A program made the translations under genes and the position numbers. A stretch of 64,000 nucleotides of DNA from Lama guanicoe (taxonomy: Eukaryota). Where the stretch lies: contig MU053513.1 of the NCBI GenBank assembly GCA_013239625.1, positions 1,414,927 to 1,478,926 on the forward strand. The letters are read 5' to 3'. The notes under the pieces were generated by a model that had not been told where the DNA came from, searched no databases, and saw only the letters and a program-made list of their open reading frames with translations. Below, piece after piece: positions 12,313 to 25,090 of this stretch (position 1 is the stretch's first letter; each line of letters begins with the position of its first letter).

Positions 12313-13154
12313 AGAGTCCACTATTTTTTTTAAGACAGCTCAGTCTATCCCTGCAAAATTCTTCTCACATAATTTTAACAGTGTTGAAGACTCAGTTTTG
12401 TTTAAAGCAAGAAAGATGCCAGCATGTTTATCAGCACTAGGGAAGGAATCCATAGAAAGAACTAAAAACATAACAGAAGAAGAAATAATAAATTGAGTCC
12501 TGGAGATGGTTTTTATAAAAGACAAAGTCACCAGAACAGAAGGCATGAGGGGATGTGTCTTTCTCAGAAATTGGAAGAAAACTGAGACAAGATTATGAAA
12601 ACTTGATGGAGACAGGAACCTGAGAAATTTTATCAAGAGAACCTTGAAATTTCATGAAGGACCAGGCAAGCAAAACAAAGTGGAAGACATTTGAGGATAA
12701 TGATGACCTTTTGGAATAGTTATAGTTAGGAAAAGGAGCTGACCAAATTATTGAACAGTTTTGAAGGCCTGTCTAGGGAGACTAGGGACCACAAATTTAT
12801 GGGGACAGAAATCCATACAATTATATGAATTTTCCCAGTAGCCTAAATGAAGAAGTAGAGAAAGTGGATGGTTGAATTTATCCAAGTTTGAGGGTTTGCA
12901 GGACCAATGGAGGAAAGGGAGGAACAATGGGGCCCAGGGGTCCAGGCTGGGCAGCCGTTGAAGCTGTGGGGGAAGAGAGAATCTTTGATAGGTGGAGGGG
13001 AATTACAGAGATTTAGACAAGATCAGAGTGAGCTTTGACTCTACTCTGGTGTACAGTGGAAGGTACAATGGAAGGGGGCTAAGACTGGATGCAGAGAGAC
13101 CATGAGGAAGCTGTCACACTAATTCCAGACAAAGATCTGAACCAGCCAAGGGAG

Positions 13155-13570
13155 TTATTAGTTTCCTGTGGCTGCCATAACAATTTACCACAAACTGGAT
13201 GGCTAAAAATGACAGAAATGTATTTTCTCACAGTCTCACATTTCTGGAAGCCAGAAGTCCAAAATCAAAGTCACTGGAAGCTCTAGGAAGAATCCTGATC
13301 TGTTCTAGCTCCTGGAGGCTATCAGCGTTTTCTTGGCCTCTTTGGCTTATGACCACATCACTCCAATCTCTGCCTCTGTTGTTACCTTCATATTGCTTTA
13401 TCTTCTGTGTATTGATGTCTTCTTTTCTTCCTTTCTCTTATACTCTCATCTTAAGATCCTCAACTTAATTACATCTGCAATGACTTTTTTCCATATAGGG
13501 TAACATTCAAAAGTTCCAGGGATTTGGATGTGAGCATATCTTTTTGGGACCACCATTCAACCTATCATAG
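13155..13570 (-). mobile_element. MaLR (MLT1) LTR
   Basis: TTAGTTTCCTGTGGCTGCCATAACAATTTACCACAAACTGGATGGCTAAAA...TTAAGATCCTCAACTTAATTACATCTGCAA...CCACCATTCAACCTATCA. Confidence 0.85.
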
Positions 13571-13574
13571 GTAA

Positions 13575-14780
13575 CAAATGTGAAGAGGGAGAAACAAATC
13601 TGAGAATTACTAGAGAGGAACAGTCAGCAGAACTTGATGATTAATTGATTGTGGGGAATAAAAGGGAGGGAGGAGTCAAGAATAACTTTAACTAATACCT
13701 AGGTGAGAACTAGGTACTCAACTGAAATAGAGAACTTGGAAAGAAGAGCCCTTTCAATGAAGAAGATGACTTCCTTTTAAACATGCTGATTTTGAGGTGT
13801 CCATGAGACATCTACATGTTGAGCAGATAGCAGGACCGATGCATTTCAATCTCAAGAGAGAGAGCTGGGCTACAGATAGAGATTTGGGAGCCTTGAGCAT
13901 ATAACTGATAACTAAAACCCTCAGAGAGGATAATATTGCTCAAGAAAACAATAGGTGACAAGAACTACAGAGGATTGGAAATGGACATTAAATGCCTGGT
14001 GAGGCAATTAAGAGGTAGACAATAGAAGAGCAACTCATGAAGAGATCAAAAATTAATGGTAAACAGGTACAAATCTAAGACAATGTAATGTCCAGAAGCC
14101 AACAGAATAGTTTCCAGAAGTGGGAAAATAAGCAATATCAAATACAGCAGGAAGGGCAAGTGAGATGAGTAAAGTGTTGAAGCAGATGATAAAGAAAGAT
14201 ACCATGTAGGTCTCCAAATGAAAAGCAGTCCAGACAGTGGGAACACACATGCAAAAGCCATGAGCATTTCATGAACAATCAGAGAACAGCAAGGTAGCCA
14301 GTGTGGTGGGAACAGAGTAAACAAGGGTATAAGTGAGAAAGGGATCGAGAGGTAACAAGAGTCCCTTACCTTCACACAACTAAGACCTACTCCTTAACAC
14401 ACGTAGGACCTTTCCAGCCTTTGTCAGGATGGTGGATTTTATTCTGAGTGAAAATGGGGAGCTATCAGAGGATTTTTCTGTAAAGAAATGACATGATCTG
14501 ACTTCCATTTTAACAAGATCACTTGGGCAACCGTGTGAGAACAAGAAACAAGGCTCAAAAGACACGCTGGAGCCAGATAGTAAAAGCAAAGCTGTAAGTA
14601 GGGAGATCAGTTAGGAAGTTATTACAACATCTCAACAAGTGGTGATGGCAGCTTGGACCAAAGAGGTAGCTCTGACAGTGAGAGGAAGAGATGTAATTAC
14701 CAATGTCCTTGAAAGTGGAGTCAACAAGATAGCTAAAGAATTAGACACAGAGGGAGAAAAAGATGAATCAGATGATTCTA
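13575..14780 (-). mobile_element. L2 fragments (degenerate)
   Basis: CATGCTGATTTTGAGGTGTCCATGAGACATC, TTTTATTCTGAGTGAAAATGGGGAGC...CATGATCTGACTTCCATTTTAACAAGATCACT. Confidence 0.6.
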
Positions 14781-14784
14781 AGAT

Positions 14785-15238
14785 CTACAAAAAAAAAACC
14801 CACAAATGAACTTATTTGCAAAACAGAAACAGACTCACAGACATAGAAAACAAATTTATGGCTAACAGAGGGGAAAGGAAGTGGGAAGGGATAAATTGGG
14901 AGTTCAAGATTTGCAGTTCAAGATTCGCAGATTAGTGTCTGCAAATACTGTTTATCTTGTTAAAACAGATAAATAAGTTTCTTCTGTACAGCACGGGGAA
15001 TTATATTCAATATCTTATAATGAAAAAGATATGGAATCTATGTATGTATGTATACATGTATAAATATATGTGTGTGTATATATATGTGTATATGTATGTA
15101 TACATGTATAAATATATGTGTGTGTATATATATGTGTATATGTATATATATAATATATATATACATGACTGAAACATTATGCTGTGCATCAGAAATTGAC
15201 ACAACCCTGTAAACTGACTATACTTCAATTAAAAAAAT
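14785..15238 (+). mobile_element. L1 3' end with internal duplications
   Basis: ACAAATGAACTTATTTGCAAAACAGAAACAGACTCACAGACATAG...TGTAAACTGACTATACTTCAATTAAAAAAA. Confidence 0.9.
15043..15146. repeat. 48-bp tandem duplication of a TA/TG-rich unit
   Basis: TATGTATGTATACATGTATAAATATATGTGTGTGTATATATATGTGTA twice; explains the 16-aa repeat in ORF 14957-15172. Confidence 0.85.
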
Positions 15239-15516
15239 TGTTTTAAAAGATGATCCCACGGACCTTAGCCAAACTTAGCAGAAGCCTTGAGTTACCATCA
15301 GGGAGCAGCACCCACTCTATGTATAAATAGTGGGCTTGCTGTACAAATGAAACTTCAAGGTAAGGCTCTAATCCTTTATTCCAACCAGATTGCCTATCCT
15401 AAGCCTCTTCTATGTAATCATTTTGGGGCAGCCACTGTGTCTGATGCTTTGACGGGCATGTCAGACTCTGTCACTGAAGTATAAAGGGCAAAAGTGAGAA
15501 CAAGAAATAAGGCTCA

Positions 15517-15725
15517 GAGCTTGGGAGTAGCAGATCCAAACTACTATATATAAAATAGATAAACAGCAAGCTCCTACTGTATAGCACAGGGAAGTATATT
15601 CAATACATTGCAATAACCTATAATGAAGAAGAATATGAAGGAGACTATACATATAATTAAATCACTATGTTGTGTACCAGAAACTAACACAACATTGTAA
15701 ATCAAATATACTTCAATTTAAAAAT
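15517..15725 (+). mobile_element. L1 3' end with 13-bp TSD
   Basis: CCTACTGTATAGCACAGGGAAGTATATTCAA...; TSD GAAATAAGGCTCA at 15504-15516 and 15726-15738. Confidence 0.9.
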
Positions 15726-18097
15726 GAAATAAGGCTCAAAATATATAATGAAGACAGACTGTAGAGAGCTAGAAAAGAAATTAAACTACTTCAGGAAATC
15801 TCACTTGATTGCCTTACAACATGTTGCACTGCACACTACAGACATGAAAATGCACACCCGTTCCTCCCATAATTCACCAGAAAACCCAGTGATTCACTCC
15901 TCAGCAAGAAAGATCCTGGGAAACTTTGATTAGACTGAACCCGCTAGCACCACATCACTGCTGAAAAATTCACGCTTAGGAGGGAGAAAAATTAAGAGTG
16001 TGCTTCATGAGACTGTGAGCCAACTGCGTATGCTCAATATCCCCCCTACATCTCAGGAATCACAAGCTATTAATACTGTGAAATGACACCAGCAAATTGA
16101 ATAGGGTTGCTTCCTGAACTCTCCGGGTGTTGTCTGAGACATTTAACAGGTCAGAGGTTAGCAATAGCTCGGTACTGGATGGAAATGATTGAGGGGCATG
16201 GTGTACCTTTGGAGCCTTTCAGTCACTCAGGAAACTCCGAATTATGGGAATCAGCTATTGCATATGCAAATTGTATTCACCCAGAAACTTATTCCTGTTG
16301 CTCCAACATCTATTCAAAGGCATCCAGATTCTTTCCCAAGGGTGTATGACATCCACTGAGTCCAGGAGAAATTGTGCTGATCTGACAAGAGCACGACGGA
16401 TCCTTCGGAATCTGAAAGGAGAATTAACATTTTAGTGCTGGAAATAAACATGAGCATCCCAGCATTCTTTCCCCTGGAAACATGTTGTACCTGGAGGTTG
16501 GATTCCCAGATCAGGCCACAAACGTTTGTTTAATCCACGCTGTTTCTGAAACACTCTGTAAACAGTACCTGGGACCTACCGTCATGAGAACCTTGTGTCT
16601 GTTGACCTTATGAGTGAGTATTTTTGGAACACTGGTTATGTGCTAGGCACCATGCTTGTACTGGGGCTGCAGAGTGGTGGAACACAGACAACACAGTCCT
16701 TGCCCTCAAAGAGCTCCCAGGGAGTGGTACAGACAAAGAGAAGTCAGATCCAGTAGAAAGCAGTCAATGCTGCAACAGGAACGTGGACGGGGTGCAGGAA
16801 GCGTGGGTACAGGTGAGGGAGGTGTGGAGCCCTAGTGCTGACACCCGAAGGAGGGCTTCCAAGGCAGATGAAAGGGCTTTGCGAAAGCACAGGAGCAGAG
16901 CACACTCAACACTTAAACTTGGGTGGTATGAACACATCTCCCCTAGAGTTGTCACCACCTCTTGTTCACACGGCCTGTAGCCCACCAGGCTGCGACTTCC
17001 CAATGGGGGCTCTGCTGGGCTAAGGCAGGATTTCTAGCAAGAGAAGAATCGCTGAGGAGGGGGAAGAGCCAGAGCAAGTGCCAGGAGGCATGGAGCAAGC
17101 AGGGACGGGCAGAGAGAAGAATGCAGCATCTCCAGGAAACAGGAATGAGGCACTTCCGGGGAGAGAGTGCCAGAGACCCACCATTATGGAGAACGTATCC
17201 TATTACTCGTGCTGCGTAAGTCCTGGGAATATAAGAAACCATACAATGTGTTCCCAGTGAGAAAGACTTTGAGGTCTAATGCAGGTACCCATTGTAATAA
17301 CATGTTGTAAGATGGTGAACATGACAGTGTCTACTTCAGATGGTCACATGGGGATTACAGAACATGGGTCAAAAGTGTAGTACTTGGCCCATGGTTAAGT
17401 ACTCAATAAATGTTAGTATTATTAAATGCAAATATACATTCATGCTTATGCGGAATATACAGGATAAAAGAAGAAGTGGTTAATTCTAACAGGGGAAAGA
17501 CAAAAAAGTTTGGAGGCTCCAACAACAAGGGCGTCTACCACACAGGCTGGGACATAAAGCCGAGAGGACATTCAGGGAGAGCTAAGAAGACACAGGCAGA
17601 GCTGGCCCGGTGTATTGGCCTCAAGCAGAAATTTAAGACGACTCTCTGCTCCTCACCTCCCAACATCCGTTTTTAAAGAAGAGATACTAACATGAATCAG
17701 CTAAGTTCAATGATATTTAATAAATGAAATAATAATAGTGGTTACAAGTACTATTAGCAGTAGCAGAAGTATTGTGTCCCAGATGGAGTGTTGAAATCTT
17801 GACATTCGTGTCAACTAATCCTCACAGTTAGGCCACAGGTGTGATAATGGGTCCCATTTTTCTTGTGAGGGAGGTTCATCTTGTAAGAATCACAGTCTCA
17901 ACCTCTTCTCTGCTGTGGTACCACCTACCACACATTAAGGAAGCATGAGATCAAGTGTACATATTTTGAAATTATCCTTCTTAAATTGGAAGTTTCCTGA
18001 GTCGGGCTGTATTCACTTTTAGAAGAGATTCTAACATTAACATAAAATTATCTCACTCCTGTGGAAACCCTCACTTTTTTAAAAAAAGTTATAATCA

Positions 18098-18224
18098 GTA
18101 ACTTTGATGACAGATGGTAACCAGACATTGTGGACATTGTTTTGCAATGTACATAAATGTCAGACCACTATGTTGTACACCTGAAACTAATATAACACTG
18201 TATGTCAACGATGCCTCAAAAAAA
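18098..18224 (+). mobile_element. Short L1MA-like 3' terminus
   Basis: CACTATGTTGTACACCTGAAACTAATATAACACTGTATGTCAAC...AAAAAAA. Confidence 0.75.
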
Positions 18225-19584
18225 TACTTTTTAAAAAGTTTTAAAATTTTCCAAAAAGTATAAAAGACACCAGCAGCTGCTCTATTTTGTAATACTACAA
18301 GACAATATTCTTGTGAAAGAAAACTTGGGTAAGAGCCTGGGAGGCATCAGGAGTGATGGCTTTTCTGAAATAAACATCTGTGTTGATCGGAAATTAAGAC
18401 ATACACACACATCTGTATTCAGAATTCAAGCAAAATTCCCAAGTGAAATGTAAGATTTCACTGGTTTTTAATGGAAAAAAAAAAAAAGAAAGACGTCCTA
18501 AGCTTTGCAAAATTTTGTGTAACAGCAGCCAAAGTCAAATACATACAATTATATCTTTCCTCTGTGTGTTTTGGGAAACAATTAGGAAAATTAAAACTTT
18601 TTTTAAGTTTTTTTTAACTCACTTGAGCATCTTTAACAGCCCCTGCATCACAGCCTATGGTCCTTCTGTACCACTGATGCCAGCCATGGAATTTGTCTAT
18701 GATGACAGTTTCTTTCCTAGTCCAGTCATTGATTTTTCCATGCTATGAAACACTTAGTCATGAATGTTGTGTTTACAGGCTCTGTTACAGAAGCATTCCT
18801 GTATACCGCAAGCAGCAGGGGCTGTCAGTCATGTGCCACTACCCTGAAAAAAATACATATTCCTCCTTCCCACTCCCATTCTCCCTTCCAAGCACAGCTC
18901 ACCATGGAAAGATTATTGCACTGGCCTTAGAAAATGCACTAGAGCTAGCCCACTTCCCAAAGGAACCACACCCTTGTCATCACAAAAGAACACTAGGACA
19001 TAAGAAAATGACATATGTGAGCTCATCCCGTCTCCTTTTGAATGTCAGTCCCCTGCGGGCAGGAAACATGTCTTCTTGGTGGTCCTTACGGTACCAAGTG
19101 TCCTTTATAGACAAGGGAATTTACAAAACAAACTGATGATGAAACCGAAAAGGCTTTTCTTACTGTTTCCTTTCCTCTGCTTATTCTAAGCATCCCTCTG
19201 TAAAAAACAGATTTTTAAAAAGAGAAAGAGCAAGGAGCAGGGATACATGAAGGGGTGTGAAGAGGAGTAGTACTTCATATACACATCTGCCAGCCTCAGA
19301 GACAGTCCACAAGGTAGCCACTATTATGCCCATTTTACAAATGAAGAACTTGAGGTTTGTAAGTAAGTGGTAACTTGTCCATGACACAACGAATAATTGG
19401 CAGAGCCAAATTTCAAACTCTCACGAGTGCCTAGAATGTCAGCATTTATGTATTTCCAGGTGAGCACAGAGGTTTTGACAATCAATTGAGCCAATAACCT
19501 GAATAAAAAATAAATAAATAAAAACACTCTAATATGATCCTAAAATCTAACAAAACTGGTGAAGTGAAAAACTTATCCTGGCCA

Positions 19585-20297
19585 TACAATGTTGGTGGGA
19601 ATATAATTTGGTGCAGCCACTATGGAAAACAGTATGGAGTTCCTTATAAACTAAAAACAGACTTACTATATGATCCACTCCTGGGCATATATCTGGAGGA
19701 AACTCTAAATCAAAAAGATACATACACTTCAATGTTCATAGCAGGGCTATTTACAATAGCCAAGTCATGGAAGCAACCTAAATGTCCATCCACAGAGGAC
19801 TGAATAAAGAAGTTATGAGATACACACACATACAATGGAATACTACCCAGTCATAAAAAGAATAAAATAATACCATTTGCAGCAACAAATGCATAATCTC
19901 TAGGTCATGGATGGACCTAGAAATGATCACACTAAGTGAAGTAAGTCAGACAAAGACAAATATCATATGATATCACATATGTGAATGTAAAAAAATGACA
20001 CAAATGAACTTATTTACAAAACAGAAAGAGACTCACAGACATAGAAAACAAACTTACAGTTACCAAAGGGGAAAGGATAGGGAGGAATAAATTGGGAGTT
20101 TGGGGTTAGCAGATACACACTACTGTATACAGAATAGGGTCCTGCTGTACAGCACAGGGAACTATATTCAATAGCTTATAATAACCTATAATGAAAAAGA
20201 ATATATAGGTAGATAGATATGTATTTATATATAACTGGGTCACTATGCTATACACCAGAAACTAACACATTTTAAATCAACTATGCTTCAAAAAAAG
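19585..20297 (+). mobile_element. L1 ORF2 C-terminal remnant plus 3' UTR
   Basis: TGTTGGTGGGAATATAATTTGGTGCAGCCACTATGGAAAACAGTATGGAG...; ORF 19534-19803 shows L1-like SMFIAGLFTIAKSWKQPKCPS. Confidence 0.9.
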
Positions 20298-20361
20298 AAA
20301 CCTTATCTTAGCCAGAAAGCAATCTTAGGAAAGCACCTATAAAATCTCTAATTTTACTAGG

Positions 20362-21040
20362 AATAGACTTACCATATGATCCAGTAATCCCACTCCTGGG
20401 TATATATCTAGATGGAACCCCACTTCAAAAGGACACCTGCACCCCAATGTTCATAGCAGCACTATTTACAATAGCCAAGACATGGAAACAACCTAAATGT
20501 CCATCAACAGATGACTAGATAAAGAAGATGTTGTATATTTATACAATGGAATACTACTCAGCCATTAAAACTGACAACATAACGCTATTTGCAGCAACAT
20601 GGATGTCCCTGGAGAATGTCATTCTAAGTGACGTAAGCCAGAATGAGAAAGAAAAATACCATATGAGATCGCTCGTATGTGGAATCTAAAAAAAAATAAT
20701 AATTAATTAATTAATTAATTAGTTAAATACAAAACAGAAACAGACTCATAGACATAGAATACAAACTTGTGGTTGCCAGGGGGGTGGGGGGTGGGAAGAG
20801 ACAGACTGAGATTTCAAAATGTAGAATAGATAAACAAGATTGTACTGTGTAGCACAGGAAAATATACACAAGATCTTGTGGTAGCTCACAGCGAAAAAAA
20901 AATGTGACAATGAATATATGCATGTTCATGTACAACTGAAAAATTGTGCTCTACACTGGAATTTGACAAAACATTTTAAACTGACTATAACTCAATAAAA
21001 AAAAGTTTAAAATAAATTAAAATTAGAAATTAAAAAAAAA
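20362..21040 (+). mobile_element. L1 3' end of a different subfamily, directly downstream of the previous copy
   Basis: TAGACTTACCATATGATCCAGTAATCCCACTCCTGGG...G-tract at 20778-20794...CTATAACTCAATAAAAAAA; (AATT)n at ~20701-20720. Confidence 0.9.
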
Positions 21041-21169
21041 TTTAATTTCTTATTTTAAGCAACATAACCTCCTGATGAGTCCTCTGTAATAAAGCAGCTA
21101 CAAAATGTTTGTCTAATGAGGCAACTTGTTTTATGGGATCACCACCTACAAACTAGTGAAGAGTTGGGT

Positions 21170-21635
21170 GACTGCACTACTTTCCTATTTCTGACTAACA
21201 AATTGCACAAATTTAGCAGCTTAAAAAAAATACCACTTATGAGTGCACAGTTTTGTAGAAGTCCAGCATGGCATGGCTGGGTTTTCTACTTCCAATATTA
21301 CAAGATTGAAATTAAGGTGTCAACCACCTTGTCTGGGGGAATATCCACTTCCAAGCTCATTGTTGTTGTTGGCAGAATTCAGCTCCTTGCAGTTGTAGAC
21401 CTGAGGTCCCCTTTTTCTAGGTAGCCACTGCCAACCAGAGAAGACTCTGTATTTATAGGGGTTCTGTGGTTAGGTTAGAGCCACCTGGATAAGCTCCTTT
21501 TCTAAAGTCAACTATTCCATACAACATGACTTAATCACTGGGCTAAAACCCACCAAACTCCCAGTCTGGGGAATTGGGCAGAATGTATGTACCAGCGGAG
21601 GGGGTAGGAAATCTTGGAGGCCATCCTAGAACTCT
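21170..21635 (-). mobile_element. MaLR (MLT1) LTR
   Basis: TAACAAATTGCACAAATTTAGCAGCTTAAAA...TTGTTGGCAGAATTCAGCTCCTTGCAGTTGTAG...AATCTTGGAGGCCATCCTAGAACTCTG. Confidence 0.75.
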
Positions 21636-22594
21636 GGTACGAAGTAACACAGATTGAGAATAGTACACATGATACACTGAACAAAAGAAGCCAAATAGGA
21701 AAGTGTGTGTGCTGTTTGATTCCATTTACATGAAGTTCAAACTAGGCAAAACTACCCAGTGCTGCAAGAAGTCAAGACTGGTGACCCTTGGAGTCGAGGA
21801 GAGGTAGAAACAATAGCACGTAGGAAAAAGGATTTACTCGTTCAACAAGCACACACTGAACACCGACCAGATGCTAAGTTAAGGGGATTCATGGCAGTCA
21901 AGGTGAGGCCTCTGTCTTCATGGAGCACTGAAATCTATCAGAGAAGACAGAGACCATTAAATCAGCTAGATATCTACAATAAACTGTGATAACATCACAC
22001 AGGGAGAAATAGGAGGTACTCCAAGAGCACACAGCAGGGGGACTTAAACTAACTTAAGGATTCAAAAAATGAGATTTAATCGGAGACCTAAAAGAATTTA
22101 GGCAGGCAAAGAAGGGGTAATTGATGACTTAGCAATTTTGGATGACTGTGGACTGATCACTATTTACCTGTAAGACATGACTAAGAAAGGCCATGTGGTC
22201 TCCATCCCCATCACTGTGAGATTAGTCTCTGGAGGAATGGGAACACTAGTCCTGCCCTAAACTGCATGGATCCAACAACTCCTTTCACGCTATGACATTA
22301 TTGGTTCTGGACATTCTTCCACAAAATGAATATTGACAAGATAGAGTGACCTGAAAGTAACCAGCACGCTGACTCAGGAGCTTGACTCCATGCAGCAGAA
22401 TGCACAGTGGCTTCTCACTCAGGCTCTGGAATCAGTGTCTGAATTGTAATCCTGACTCCACCACTGGCTGCATGTCATTAGTCATTCACCTTCTGTAAGC
22501 CTCGGTTTCATCATCTCTAAAATAGGGGCGATATTGCTACAGGGCTAAGTAAAGTCTTTAAAGGGGAGCTCTTTTAAGAAAACAGAGGGACTTA

Positions 22595-22735
22595 GAGGAG
22601 GGTATGGCTCACTGGCAGAGTGATGCTTAGCATGCATGGGGTCCGGGGTTCAATCCCCAGTACCTCCATTAAAATACATACATACATACACACACACACA
22701 CAAACCAAATTACACTCCTGCCCCTCAAAAAAGAA
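22595..22735 (+). mobile_element. tRNA-derived SINE (vic-1 type) with TSD, next to a MIR remnant (~22400-22560)
   Basis: GAGGAGGGTATGGCTCACTGGCAGAGTGATGCTTAGCATGCATGGGGTCCGGGGTTCAATCCCCAGTACCTCC; TSD AAGAAAACAGAG(G/C)GACT at 22576-22592 and 22736-22752. Confidence 0.9.
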
Positions 22736-23999
22736 AAGAAAACAGAGCGACTATACAAATGTCTTGAGGCAGACAAAGTAGAAGTCATTCTATACAGGTA
22801 CGGTGTTGATAGATTTTAAATGCACATGAGTAAGAACTCGTCTCCTGCCACTCTCTCAGACTCACCAGCCATGCCGACTTGTCATTGCCCAAACACACCA
22901 AGCTCTCTTAAATGCCTGTGCATTTGCACATATCAGTCCTTTCTTCCGGATTGTTCTACCCATTCTCATTTGAAGAGCTTCCATTCATCCTCCAAGTCTC
23001 AACTCATGCATTGTCTATGGGGGAAGGTTTTCCTGATGGCACAAGACAGATTTGTGTGATCACTCGTCCATGGTCTCATACCATTGTGAATATCTCTAAA
23101 GTCACATGTATCATGTTAAACCAAAATGGCTTTTTCATACATTCATCTCCTCACTGTTATGAGCCTCTTGAGAGAGGAGACCATACACAGGTTAGGCAGC
23201 AAAAATGTTCACTGAATGAACTGAATGAATGAATACCAATTCCTTAAAAGGCAGTGAATTCCTGCCACCAGAAATATTTAAAGGAAGACAATTGTTTAGC
23301 AGAGATGTACAGAGAGATTGAAGCATCTAATACTGAACTGGCTGACTACTAAATAGGACCCTCCAGACCTGAGAGTCCTTGGGGCTAGGTGAAGAAAACT
23401 GAAAATCACAAAGGCACAGAGAAGGAAAAGTAGTGTATTTGGGGAATGGCAAGTGGCTCCATTTGTCTGGGCAAGAAAGGACAGGATAGAGACAGGATTT
23501 CAGCAAGAAAGAAATGACATACCCAAAATAGTAAAGGAAACTCATGCAATAAAGTTACTATTTAAGAGGATTGGGCAAGGTAAAATATCCATCATGGAAC
23601 GATAAAGCCTACAGGACCTTGAAAGAGCAGGCAGCCATTCCACTTATGCTTCCAAAGGGGCAACAGGAAGGAAGTGGAGTTACTAGAAACCTGTGAAGGG
23701 GGAAGGCGGGGTGGCTTTATACGAGACGTGGACTAAGTAGAGGAATGGGACTAAGTATCGCCAACATCAGGGCTCTACAGGAAGAGAGCAGGGAGGAGTA
23801 CCCAGGCACTCCGTCTCCCTCTGCTGTCACCCTCTAACAGGCTGCCAGTGTCTGCCAATGGCCAAACCAACGAAAACCAGACAGCAAGGGAGCCGGGAAC
23901 AGGTAATCTGCAGCAGGCTGCCTCCTGAACCCCAGAGCAGGCAGGAAATGAGGGGCAGACTAACGGCATAAACATTGGTGAGCACTCAAGAGCCGCTGC

Positions 24000-25090
24000 A
24001 GAGTTTGGGGCATAAGGGTGACGTGATCCAGGCTCCACCTGAGAATGGTTAATTTGGTGTCTGTAATCAGAATGAACTCTGAATGGGAAGAGAGAGAGAG
24101 GGAGACGGGGAAACAGACTGGGAAGCCATTGGATCGGTTCCAGTGAGAGGGGAGGAGCCTACACAAGGGCACGCCCCCCCTTATTCAAATAAGCCCCGTG
24201 GAAGGCTCCTGATTCGCCGGCAGACTGCAATCCCTGAGCCACTCACCGTTCACGTCAGCCGCCCACCAAGCCACAAAGGTGGAGAAGAAACTTCTCCAAA
24301 CTGAGAAAGCATTTCCTGGTATACCTTTGAATCTCCTCCTGATGTTCGCTTTTCCTCTTTTGTGTCTAAAATTATACTGAGCAAGGTCGGAGGAAATTAG
24401 CTGCAGCAACTGCAGCTCCCAGTTAGAGCAGAGGGCGGTGATTGAGCTTCTTATCATAAAAAGCCAAAAAATGAGTAGAGACCCACGGGAATAAAGCCCC
24501 CTTCGATTGTCAGTAACCACTTCCCCAAGATTCTGACACTTCATTCTTCTCTGGCTGCCCAGCGTCTCTTCACGCAGTGACCAAACCCATCCTTCCTGGC
24601 TTCTCCCTCCCAAAAACTGTCTTTCTTGGCTTCATCACAAAGTGACTGATTCTCAGCTGTTACTTTCAAAACCAATCTGACAACCTTATCAGCCACTAGA
24701 CCAGCACAGAGATGACTAGGAGACGCGCAGCATTTGCTCTGTGAAGCCTTCTCTTGCTGCAGGAGCAGATTCAGGGTCCTTCTCCCATGCCCTCCGCACC
24801 TCGTCCCCACCACGGCATCACACACCAGGTGGGCGCCCCGCCTTGGTGGGTGGAGCCAGAGTGGCCCCCTGACATTTCCTTTTACCAGATGGAGAGGAAA
24901 TACCTCCGTTCTATTTCTTGTTTTCTGTTCAGAACGAGAATTTTTTTTCATCAGTATCATTACGCAAAGTTTCCTGAAATAAAAAGAGCAACACAATGCA
25001 ACAAAGCTGATTGGATTGGGATTTACTTCTTTTCTCCGCTGCCTCATTAAAAGTTCAGCCCCCCTAAAAGGATTACCTGCAATACATTAG
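24000..25090. promoter_or_regulatory. Candidate promoter/enhancer
   Basis: Unique sequence with retained CpGs, CRE-like TGACGTGA (~24019 and antisense ~24250), GC-box-like motifs (~24150, ~24170), tandem ATTGG CCAAT boxes (~25010-25019) and a minus-strand splice donor at 24247. Confidence 0.4.
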
